From: Chrysochromulina tobinii
Lineage: Eukaryota
Length of the DNA stretch: 64,000 bases
Direction of reading: 5' to 3'
NCBI GenBank assembly: GCA_001275005.1
Contig: JWZX01002949.1
Coordinates: 1 to 64,000, forward strand
A program made the position numbers and the translations under genes. Below the pieces are notes generated by a model. The model saw only the letters and a program-made list of their open reading frames with translations, was not told where the DNA came from and did not search any database. Shown piece by piece: positions 53,902 through 64,000 of the stretch; position 1 is the stretch's first letter, and each line of letters opens with the position of its first letter.

Positions 53902-56900
53902 TCACAGCTCCTTCGAGGCCTTTCGTGCTGCCGGCTGCCGGAGCTGGATCTCGACCATCACCCAGCCTGTGATCGCGTCTTTGGACGCGTCCTTATCGTA
54001 CTGGTCGAGCCACAACTTGAGCTGATGCGGCTTGCCATCAGCATAGTGCGACAAGTCGAGCAGGCACTCGCCGAGGTAGTCATCCTTGCCCTGCCGGTCC
54101 CAATCGAAGCACACGAGGTGGAGCAGGGCACGCTCGCTCACGAGCGGCGCACGTCCCCAGTCAACTTTGTCCCACTTGGGCTGGAGCGTCTCATGGCAGG
54201 TCTTCGAGCGCCACATGTGCTCGCAAGTGAGCTGCGCCTCGGGGCACCACACGTGGATGTCGCAGTACGGGTCCGAGGCGCCGTTGTCATCGGCCGCGAG
54301 CAAGTCAGCCCCGTGGAGGAGCTTGAGCGTCAGATAATGCGACGTATGCTCGGGCGGCACGCTGCCAATGCTCTCGCCCACACCCTGCGCGCCGCGTCCG
54401 AAGAATTGGAAGATCTTACCCTCGCGCACGCGGTGGCTGCCCATGCGCTCGCGTACGTCCTCGGCGTACCTCGCGGCCGACAGGTCGTACACGGACGGCG
54501 CACTCGGCGCGCGAGCGAGCACGCTTCGCCAAAAGGTACCGATTTGGACCTCGTCGCCGAGCGCTGGCGCTGGCGCTGGTGGCCCGACGCCCTTGAGCAC
54601 GTTCTTGGTAGTTGGCACGGCCCCTTTGCCTGTGTTGGCGAGCCCCTTGGACATGACGCGTCCCGGGGTCGGTGGATCCTCCGAAGGCCCCGCTGCGCTT
54701 GCCTTGCTGGGATTGGGGGGGGCTCCGCCTCCGCCTCCGCCTCCTCCTCTGCCTCCGCCTCCGCCTCCGCCTCCATCTCCGCCTCCACCTCCGCCTCCGC
54801 CTCCGCCTCCGCCTCCTCCTGCGTCGTCATCGTCGATGAGCTTAAGCACCATGCGCACCTGCCCGCTGACCGGCTCGCCTTGGCGATCGAGCGGCGCCTG
54901 CACTTTGAACCACGCGTCGAGCTCGCCGGCGCCGTCGTGCGCCTGCAGCGCGCTCAGCGGCAGTAGCACCTCGCCCAGGTAGTCGTCTTTTTTGCCGAAA
55001 TCGTAGTCAAAGATCACCACGTGCAACAGAGAGTCGATGGACGCGTACGGGATCTCCCTCGGTCCGTCCTGGGTCCACTGCGGGCTGCACGTCTTTTCCA
55101 CCGTCGTGGTCGACCAGGCAGAGTGCTCCAGATGCACCGAGCAGTACGGATCCGAGGTGCCCTGCGTCAGCTTGGCGCCAAACAAGCCGTTTCGGCTCGG
55201 CTCGTCCGCGGCGATGAGATCTCGTGCCTCCTTGATGACCATGCGCAGCTTGCCCAGTGGTCGGGCAAGAGCTACGATCTTATCCTCGGGCCTGCCTCCA
55301 CCCATCGTCCGCTTCTTGCTGAGGGCATCGGTGATGCGGTGCCCACTTAGCTCGGTGAGCAACGTCCCCTTGAGCTCCTCGAGGACGTCCGTTGCGCGGT
55401 CCGGCTTCCAGCGCTCGCCATGGGCCTCAAGAGCCACCGTCAGGTGCACCTCGCCCGTCACAGCTCCTTCGATGCTCGCTGGCTGCTCGAGGCGAAACCA
55501 GTCCTCGATGGGCGCTCCACCGGGCACGAGCCCGCTCAGATCCAGCTTGACGTCGCCCATGAATGTGTGCGCGTTCATATTGTTCTTGTCGAACATGACC
55601 AGGTGAAGCAGCTCGTTCGTCGCCTCGACATCGAAGATGGCGCTCTCATTCCAAGTCGGGCTGAGCGTTGCGGGCTTGCATGTGGTGCGGTAGTAGCGTC
55701 CGTTGGTCTCACGCCCGTGACCCACCCACAGCTCGCAGAACGGGTCGGACGTGCCGCCCAAGTCTTTAGCCGCCAGTTCCCGCCCACGCCCGATGGTCAC
55801 GCGGATCGTGGCGATGGCAGAATGGGCCGCAAGTCGCGCTGGCGGCGACGACGAGGCGCTGTAGTCCGTCTTGGGGCCAAATAGACCTCTTGGGTGGTGC
55901 TTGCCGTGTCGGCGCGCCTCGAGCGCGGCTGTGCGCTCCTCACGTAGGAGCGTCAGGTGCACTATGCGGTCGAATGGGCCAACAGCGGCGGCGCTCTTGG
56001 CGCGAGAAGCGTCTTTTGCGCCCTTGTCGCTGGTCGTTGGCGGCCACTGGCTGGTGGGACCCGGAATGACGAGCTCGGGATGGCGCTCCCGCAGCGCGCG
56101 ATCGAGCCGGTCCATGTCGGTGTGCACCTCACGTAGAGCGGCCGGGCTGAGTGGACCGCGCGCCGCCTCGAGCACGTTCCACGGGCTGTATGAGTGCCCG
56201 CCATGGCGCCCAAAGTCGGGCCCAGGTGAGTAGCCATGCCGCATCCATCCCGGACGAGGGTCGGGCAAATGCGCGGGCCAGTGGCTGGCATGCTGCGGAT
56301 CGTACGAAGACGGCGGCGGCCTGTCGTAGCCGGCGGACGGCGGCGGCATGTAGGCCTGCCAGGCGGGCGGCTGCATCGGCCTGCCTGCTAGCCGATGTGG
56401 CGAGCCGACGCGCGGCGGCACGCCTAAGCGCAGCGGCGATGGCTGGCTGCCGGTCGGCTGCCAGCGCGCGGACATCGAGTGGGGTCTCCAGTGGGCCGAA
56501 GGGCTCCAATGCACCTGAAGAGGGAGGTCATCAGAGGTCATCAGTGGCAATCATTCATCATCTCGAGTGGGGTCTACAGTGTGCCGAGGGGCCAATATGC
56601 ACTCAGTGTCCATCAGTGTCCATCAGTGTCCATCAGTGTCAATCAGTGTCAATCAGGGGCCAATATGCACCTCCATGTGCAGTAAGACATCAGTGAGGAC
56701 GCCACGATACTCGAGCTGGAAGGGCCCATGAAGCGAGCCAAACTCGCGCACGTCGACGAGCGCGACCACACACCGTCCGAGCGACTGCGGCATGGCGCCG
56801 CCGCCGCCCTCCCGAACCGATGGGAGCCATGGGCGCAGCTCGATCTCGAGATTGCCCTGCAGCGCCACGTGGGCCTCGACTGGCAAATTGTACGCCTGCC

Positions 56901-59900
56901 ACTGCTGCGTGGGGTGGATCGTGCCGCTGGGCAGCAAATCAGTCTCGATCGTCTTGCCGTCGCACGTGAGGCGCGCGGTCGCTCCTTGATAGTAGACGCC
57001 GGATGGTGTGCCAACCGAGGGCAGTCCGCTCGTGCCGCCCATGAGCACTCGGAGCTCGCCCGCAAAGTCGGCCGAGCTCGCGAACGTGCCGGCGCCCGCG
57101 CTCGAGGCAGCGCTGCCCAACGACCATCCTAGAGATCGCGCCGAGCTCATGGCGGGGGGAGCGGGCGCAGGGGGCGCGACGGGCGGCGAGGGGGCGGGCG
57201 GCGAGGGTTCGGGAGGCGCGACGGCGGGTGGCGCGACGGCGGGCGGTGGCACCGCCGCAGGCGGCGGCTCGGGCGCGGGCGCCCGCGGTGGAGTGGGAGG
57301 TCGGCGCCTCTCGAGCTTGCAGATCTCGTTCGAGGCGTCCGACCGGTAGGTGGGAGCAGGCGTCGAGGCCATGCGCCACGTGGCAGGGGCGCCGTACTGA
57401 GCACTCGCCTGCACGGGGGAGGGCTGGCGAGGCTGGCGCTTCGGCGCGACGGGTTGAGACGAAGGCGCAGCCATCCAAAATCCACCGCGCTCCTCAATGT
57501 CGCACACGAGCTGTGCGAACTCGTCTAGATCGAGCTCGCCATCGGGATGGGCGTCGTAGGCACTCAGAATGTCCATGGCCGCTCGCACGTTCGTGTCGAT
57601 CCCGTAGTGCTGCAACGCCGCGCGCAGCTCGCGATAGTCGAGGTACCCCGACCGGTTGGTGTCAAAGTGACTGAAGGTGGCGGCGACGCGCGGTGGAATG
57701 TCGCTGGGCCCTTCAGGCCCTGTGTCGGGCGCGGCGGGGTAGTAGGTCTCCCCGAGGTCCACCCCATCCCATGCACCGCCGTCCCACAGCGCACGGCGCT
57801 CGTCACGGGGCGTGTCGGCATAGGTGTCGGCATAGGTGTCGGCATAGTAGCCGCCCGGCCCCTCGGCGCCTTCGCCTTCCCACACCTGCCCGCCCGTCGG
57901 CATGCCTCGTGAAAAAGGGTGGCCGGCGCCGGCGCTGCCGCCGAGGCGCGATGGCGGCGGCGGCGTGCGGCTGCGCGCTGATGCGGCGGCGTTTCCACGA
58001 CGGCGCGCGCTGGGCTGCGCCGCGGCGGCGCCGACGTCTGCTGCGGCCTGAGAGAGTGTGTTGATGGCGTATAGCGAGACACAGAGCTGCCCAAGGAGCC
58101 GTTGGTGCTGTGGAGCGCCGACCGCCTGCACGGGCAGCTCGGCGTGCTTCACGTCGGCCCCCGATCGAAGCAGATCCGCGAGGTTGAGCACAGCCGTTCC
58201 GACGTGCAGGCCTCGGCTCGTCTCGACCAGCTGCAGCCCCAGCTCGGCCTCATGAGGTATGCCGCTCGCGAGGACGGCACCGAGCTCATTCCACCCCTCC
58301 GAACCGGGCGTGATCGTGATCAGCTGCTGGGTCGCCCAGAGCACCGGCTTGCCCGGCTCCTTGCGCGCCGAGGGCGTCGAGATGGGCGGGTAGCACAGGC
58401 GCAGGAAGTCGGTCTGCACCTGAAGCCACTCGACGGCGCCATCGCGCTGCAGTTTCTGGCACGGCAGGAAGTGATGCACTTCGAGCGTGAGCTGACCCGG
58501 CGGCGGCGAGTTGGGCACGAGGGCCTCGCGGGAGGGCACCAGGGCCGAGGGTTCAGCCTCCCTCAGAGGTCTTGCCGCCAGCCCTCCCGTGCCCCATCGA
58601 CGCGCCGACGAGCCGAAAGCGGCGGCGGAGGCGGGGGTGGTGCACGCGCTGCCTTGCCCATAGACGTGTGCGCCGAGTTGTGAGGAACTGCCGGCCACCT
58701 TCTTGCGGTACGACGAGTGCGGGTCGAGCCACGCAGCGAAGGCGGCAAAGTCGATCGACGGGCCAGCGCGCGCTCCCGACTCATCCGCCGCGCGCTCGCC
58801 AAAGCGCTCGCGCAGCGCGCGATGGACGAGCGGCTCGTCGTGTGGGTGGACGGGCATACCTGATGAGGGAGGCCATCAAGAGGCCATCAGAGGCGATCGA
58901 GGACTCGTCGTGCACGTGGACGCGTGGCCGGGCATACCGATCTGCGCGGCGCCTGCGAGCAGCTCGTCGGCCGAAAGCCGACCGTCTTCATCACGGTCCC
59001 ACGCGCGGAACAGGTCGTGCGTTCGGATCAAGTCCTCGTGCAGCTTGGCACGGATGCCTGCCGCGAGTGCGCCAAGTAGACGCTCCGGACGAATGTCGTC
59101 GGCCGCGTGGCTGCCAACGGATCCTTCCGAGCGTGCACCTGTGGGGAAAGGGGCGACGGCGCGCCGTGGTGAGCACTTGCATGCTGCACGGCTGCATCCT
59201 GATCGTGGCTGCTTCGTAGCGCGCACCTTGCGAGAACGGCGCGGGCAAACGCTGCTGCCGGAGTGGCGAGTTCACCCGCGCGGCCGCAACCCGCGCGGCC
59301 GCCGAGCGCTGCAACGACGCGCTCGGCGAAGCCGAACGTGCGGAGGAGGCGCGCGACGAGGGCGAGGGCGCGCGCAGCGGCGGCGGCGGCGGTGCATAGT
59401 GCGGCGGCGGTGCATAGTGCGGCGGCGGTGCATAGTGCGGCGGCGGGCCCTCGAGCGCAAAGGGCGGCGGCTCCTCGACGGCACGCCACGTGTATCCGGG
59501 CCCACTCTCTGGCATGTACGGCTGCGGCGCTGCGTCGACCACAAGCGGCTCGTCCCGAGGACCGTCAGGAGGGGGCATCCACCCCGCGGGCACGTGGTTC
59601 TGCACGAAGGTGGGCACCTCGTGCAACCACTGGCGTAGCTGTGCCGAGAAGACGAAGGAGCGACTGCACCGGCCGTGCGCGCGCTCGCCCGTGCCGCAGA
59701 TCTCCTCCGAGGGCGAGCCAAAGTCACCCGTCAGCTTTCGGTACAGGTCGACCACATACTCTTGGCTCACCCCGGGTTGAGCGGAAACGGCCCATCCCGG
59801 CTTGAGCGCCGCAAGGGCGCACTGCTTGCCGTGCACCGCCTCCCAAGCAGCCTTCATCACCCAGCGCGTCGGCACCCAACGCTGGAGTTGACCCTCGGCG

Positions 59901-60049
59901 TCCACCTCGGGCAGTGGGTACGGCGACTCGAGGAGCCGGCGCACGAGGCCTTCGCCGAGCTTGTCGTAATTTGCGTCCATCACGCGCGATCCCGGGCGCC
60001 ACGAGGCTTCGGCCTTCTTGGCGCGCACCATGCGGAGAGGCTCCGACAT
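53902..60049 (-). CDS. Large EF-hand plus multi-C2-domain Ca2+/phospholipid-binding protein; complement(join(53902..56514,56671..58859,58938..59138,59227..60049))
   Basis: EF loops DRDEDGRLSADE, DTNRSGYLDYRE and DAHPDGELDLDE. Three C-terminal C2 domains (AKDLGGTSDPF, AADE..GTSDPY, AADDNGASDPY; FDxD..DDYLG). Three in-phase GT-AG introns (56515..56670, 58860..58937, 59139..59226). Confidence 0.75.
54724..54818 (-). repeat. (GGCGGA)n poly-Gly coding microsatellite
   Basis: Visible tccgcc hexamer array between C2 domains. Confidence 0.9.
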
Positions 60050-60268
60050 CGCAAAGAGGAATGGCGAGGTAAAAGACGCCGCCCGGAATTTTTGGTGGTC
60101 TGTAGGTTGACAGTCCAATTGACTCCGTCATCAACACCTGAGGAAGCCTACTGTTGTATCCGCATGCATGGATGGTGTGCGAGGCAGAAGCATGCATGCA
60201 TGACAGAACCATCCTGCTGCCCGTTCAGCAACGTCAAGTCGCGGGAAATCGAAGCGAAGACTGAAATC

Positions 60269-60916
60269 ATGAAGCAAGATGCTCTTTACGGCGTGCGCAG
60301 CGATCGCCACCAGGCGATCATGATGATGGATGCGGATGAGTTGCATGCCGCCCACACGTTCACCGCCGAGTTGACCTTCAACGAGGCAATGCTCAAGAGT
60401 CAGTTCGACGAGGCGAAGGTGCCCGACGCGTCGTGCATTTTTGGTGTGAGCATCAAGGATGGCAAGCCGCACCGCTTCTGCGTGGGTAATGAGGACGCTG
60501 AGATTCTGCCGAAGTTTCTCATGGGTAAGAGCGCGCCCGATCGAACGCATGCATCCAAGCCAGAGTGTGTGCACTCATGCAAGATGACATGAAGACAGCA
60601 AGATCTCATGTTTGCAAGAAGCAAGATGTTATGACATGATCGGACGTGTGTGCTCGCAGCGAAGCTGATCGCCATCGAGAGCGGCAAGGTCTTCGGCGCC
60701 CAGATGTCGATCACGATCGATGATGAAGAGCGCGACCGGTTGTATGCGATGGTACGTGAGGCACAGCTCCGCGGCATCAGTCCACTCGCCATCACCAAGC
60801 AGCAGAAGAAGATCAAGCTCTCGGCGGCCGCAACGCACAAGGGCGGCGGCGCAGCGAAGAAGCAGAAGGTGAACGAAATGGCTCCAGAGTCGTCCGATGG
60901 CGAGGCCGTCGAGTGA
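60269..60916 (+). CDS. Hypothetical protein; join(60269..60524,60660..60916)
   Basis: Strong donor GTAAGA at 60525 and acceptor CGCAG ending at 60659 join two ORFs in phase 1; no domain recognised; 5' end uncertain. Confidence 0.5.
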
Positions 60917-61945
60917 AGGTTCGCCGATGCGAGGCCGCTCGAGTGACATCTTGCACATCTTAGTTCGCATGACGAACGGGCGCGGAACGGGGAACAGAGT
61001 GAGCAGTGAGTGTGACTGTCGCGGGCGCGGGGTGTCGGCCTCAGTCGAGTGGCTCTGACGTCGTGACGTGCTCAAGCTCTGACCGGCAGGGCCGGAGCCG
61101 TCCCGAGACGCAAAGCGAGACGGTCGGGACGCTCGCGGGTCGGTCGGGTCCGAGCAGGGGTCCACCAGTGTCCAGTGGAGTCGTCGCGTCACACGGACAC
61201 GCGGTCTCGCTCGGGGCACGGGGGGTCGGGGGCTCGCGAGCCGAGCCCGAGGCCCGAGCGGGGTCGCGCCGGGTACGGTACCGGAGGGCAACGCGACGCG
61301 GGCCCACCGCGCCGGGGAGCGGGTCGGGTGCACAATACACCGGGGCAGGGCGGGCCAGGGACGGGAAAAGATTCGTACAACTCGTAGGTACCCCGCGGTA
61401 CCCGCGTTGGATACAGTTCGGTTCGCGCACGCGCACACACTATCTTAATGAGATCGCACGACATGTCGCACGACGAGCAGCCCTGGAGTTCGACCCTGGA
61501 GTTCAGCCCGGGGGAGTACCCGACCGTCCTGCTGGGTCCTCGACCTGGGTCCGGTCATCGTCGGACCCGCGCTCAAGATAGCTACGCTCAGGATTCCACG
61601 GCGCACGCGGTCGATCTCCTTGTCGGTTCTTGCTCCACGCAGCTGCCACAGCATGCTCCACTGTGGCACAGCCGCATCTCCATTCCACAGCCCGCTCACC
61701 ATGCGTACTACGTGCACGTCACCCGAGCGCGCGAGGCATACCCCTCCCCCTGCTGCCCCCCCTCCCCCTGGTCCGCCAGCTCTGCCTGTCTGCGCCTTAG
61801 TCTGCGCCTCCCTTGCACCCTGTCGAGCCCCTCTGCGTGCGTCTGCCCACACCCATGCACGCCGTCGCAGCGACGCCGCCATGCGAGTTGCGCGATGGTC
61901 TGCCTGCAGAGCGCTGCCTGCGGAGCGACTCGCGGCACGCTCCGA

Positions 61946-63291
61946 TCAGTCGACTTCCTCGATGCCACTCGGCGTATCATCATCTACTTTGGTGGCACCG
62001 CCCCTCGGGGCGCCGCCGGGCATGCCGCCCGGCATGCCGCCCATGCCCGGCATGCCGCCGCCCGCCGCGCCCCCCATCATGCCCGCCATCGCCGGGTTGC
62101 CCATCATCTTGCCCATCAGCTTGCCCAGCACAGGGCCGACTTCGGGGTCGTTCATGTACTGCATGGCAGCCATTGGGTTCCCCATGCAGCCCTGCAGCGC
62201 CGCCATGACCTTGGGGTTGCTCATGGCCGCCATCATCTCGGGATCCTGCATGAGCTCGCCCATCATGTCCGCAGCGCCTGGGGGCATGCCCATGCCCCCC
62301 ATCCCCGGCATGCCCCCCCATCCCCGGCATGCCCCCCATCCCCGGCATGCCGCCCATCCCCGGCATGCCGCCCCATCCCCGGCATGCCGCCCATGCCGCC
62401 CATGCTCGGCATGCTGCTCTCTGCCTTCGACCTCTCGTACTCGGCCCGCGCCTTCTCGCGCCGCGCCTTGGCCTCGGCCTCGGCCTTCTCGGCCTTCTTG
62501 GCGGCCTTCTTGGCCAGCCGCGCTTGGCGCTCAACACACCGCTTGTTGACGAACTTCTGGATGCCGTCCACCGCGTCGTCGTAGTCGATGCGCTGCGCGG
62601 TCGCCAGGTCCTTCTGCGCCTTCTCGTACTCGCCCAGGTACCGGTACGCCGAGCCGCGCACCTTGAGCGCCTTGGCCGAGTCGGGGTTGGACTCGAGCGC
62701 CTTGTTGCAGTCGCGCACCGCCGCGTTCGGCCTCTTCATCTTTAGGAAACTGTCGGCCCGCTTGGCGTACAGCAGCGGCGACGGCGTGAGCTGCAGCACC
62801 GCGGTGAGCGTCTCGATGGCCTTGGCGTGATCGCCATTCGAGGCCGCCTCCGCCGCCGCGGACTTGAGCTCGGCCACCTTCTCGTAGTCGGCGTCGCTGA
62901 GCTCGGGCGCCTCCTCGGGCCCCATGGCCGCAGGCGCGTCCGTGTCGACCGTCATCAGGTCGGGGTCGGCCGGCTCGGGCTCGTCATCGTCGTCGTCGTC
63001 ATGGCCGTGGGCGTGCTCATGGGCGTGCTCATGGGCGTGCTCATGGGCGTGGTCGTGATGCCCGTGGTCGTGACCGCAGCAGCCCCCCGGCGCGTGCTGA
63101 TGCGACGACTCGTGATGCGAGGACTCGTGATGGCCATGGCTGTGCTCCTTCTTCTTCTCCTCCTTTGCGGGGATTTTCGCCCCCAGCCTCGTGAGGTATG
63201 CCTTGAAGAAGCCCAGCTCCGGCGCGTGCAGCTTCTGCGGGTTGGCCTCCAGCTCGCCGACGAGCTTCTCGAGAGCGGAGAGGCTGGACAT
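61946..63291 (-). CDS. ST13: Hsc70-interacting protein (Hip/ST13); frameshifted within the GGMP repeats
   Basis: N-terminal LHAPELGFFKAYL..LGAKIP dimerisation motif, His-rich linker, three TPRs (KRPNAAVRDC..NPDSAK), GGMPGM repeats and STI1 domain (MQDPEMMAAMSNPKVMAALQ). Two extra C residues lie in C-runs near 62313-62319 and 62371-62374. Confidence 0.9.
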
Positions 63292-63435
63292 CTGTCGATG
63301 ACGTGGTAATCAGCAAATGAGTTTCGTCGATTGATACATGCACAGACGTCGGCAAGGCGTCCTGATACACGGCACTCCTTCCACACATGTTAGTTGTTTT
63401 TGATGTTCCCGCATCTTTGCGCCGCTCGGTTTTAC

Positions 63436-64000
63436 ATGTCGGACTCGGAGCGGTGCGAGGCGGACCAGCTAACGAGCGATGGCCCGGCGCCCGAAAAGCC
63501 AGACGTGCGCGCCAAACGCCTTGGCGCACTCGATAAGCGGCAGGCCGCCGGCTGGGCAGCCCCAGAGCCTGCTGCTGCGGCCTCCAAGGACGTCACTGCC
63601 TCGCAGGATGCGGTCTCGGGGACCGGCTGCCCGGCCTCGTCAGAGGCCGACGTTGACAGGCTCGTCGAGACTGGCGCGATCACCCCCGAGATGGCCAAGC
63701 TTATGAAGTCGTCGATCCGCAAGGCCAAGGATCCTCCAACCCCGGCCTCGTCAGAGGCCGACGTTGACAGGCTCGTCGCGACTGGCGTGATCACCCGCGA
63801 GATCGCCAGCCTTATGAGGTCGTCGATCCGCAAGGCCAAGGCTCCTCCATCCCCGGCCTCGTCAGAGGCCGACGTTGATAGGCTCGTCGAGACTGGCGTG
63901 ATCACGGGTAAGCTTTCAAAAGACGACGATCAGCTTGCTGCAAATATCGTTGCGAGCCTCAACGTCTGCGGCGGCGGCGGCGACGACGACTGGTTGAATA
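63436..64000 (+). CDS. Hypothetical protein with 37-aa tandem repeats (truncated by the window end)
   Basis: ATG 63436, open to the window end; 111-nt repeats start at 63631, 63742 and 63853 (PASSEADVDRLVxTGxIT...); divergent from Hip. Confidence 0.55.
   Translation, partial: MSDSERCEADQLTSDGPAPEKPDVRAKRLGALDKRQAAGWAAPEPAAAASKDVTASQDAVSGTGCPASSEADVDRLVETGAITPEMAKLMKSSIRKAKDPPTPASSEADVDRLVATGVITREIASLMRSSIRKAKAPPSPASSEADVDRLVETGVITGKLSKDDDQLAANIVASLNVCGGGGDDDWLN

Noticed and set aside
60990..61450. Very GC-rich non-coding tracts here and at about 3870-4050, 12560-12900, 24300-24450 and 41040-41500 as RNA genes or MITEs
   Set aside because: No tRNA/rRNA signature or convincing shared sequence or terminal repeats found by eye; needs a genome-wide repeat search.

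Overview
GC-rich, gene-dense eukaryotic DNA with short GT-AG introns. Gene content (plastid-targeted proteins with bipartite leaders, ciliary and centriolar genes) fits a flagellated alga with a complex plastid, plausibly a haptophyte; that assignment is inference only. About 25 protein-coding genes can be supported, most in divergent pairs. The standout is a spliced gene of about 2,377 aa, join(30718..32496,32632..33729,33840..38096). It fuses a microbial (type-1) rhodopsin with an intact Schiff-base lysine to PAS-PAS-histidine kinase-REC-Hpt-Hpt-REC-Hpt-RING-H2-REC-ankyrin repeats, which looks like a one-polypeptide light-sensing phosphorelay with a possible ubiquitin-ligase output. A second theme is intron structure: many introns in unrelated genes share internal sequence (TGATGACC-type decamers, or an identical 24-mer), and several carry 18-40 nt copies of the flanking exon, suggesting recent intron gain. 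Other odd architectures are a metzincin split by a membrane hairpin carrying an EF-hand loop, a flytrap-EGF-TM-HET receptor, an LRR protein with a stand-alone dynein microtubule-binding domain, and a plastid-targeted cyanobacterial-type ChuX/HutX. No rRNA, tRNA, CRISPR array or transposase was recognised. All domain calls come from motif recognition by eye, not from database searches.
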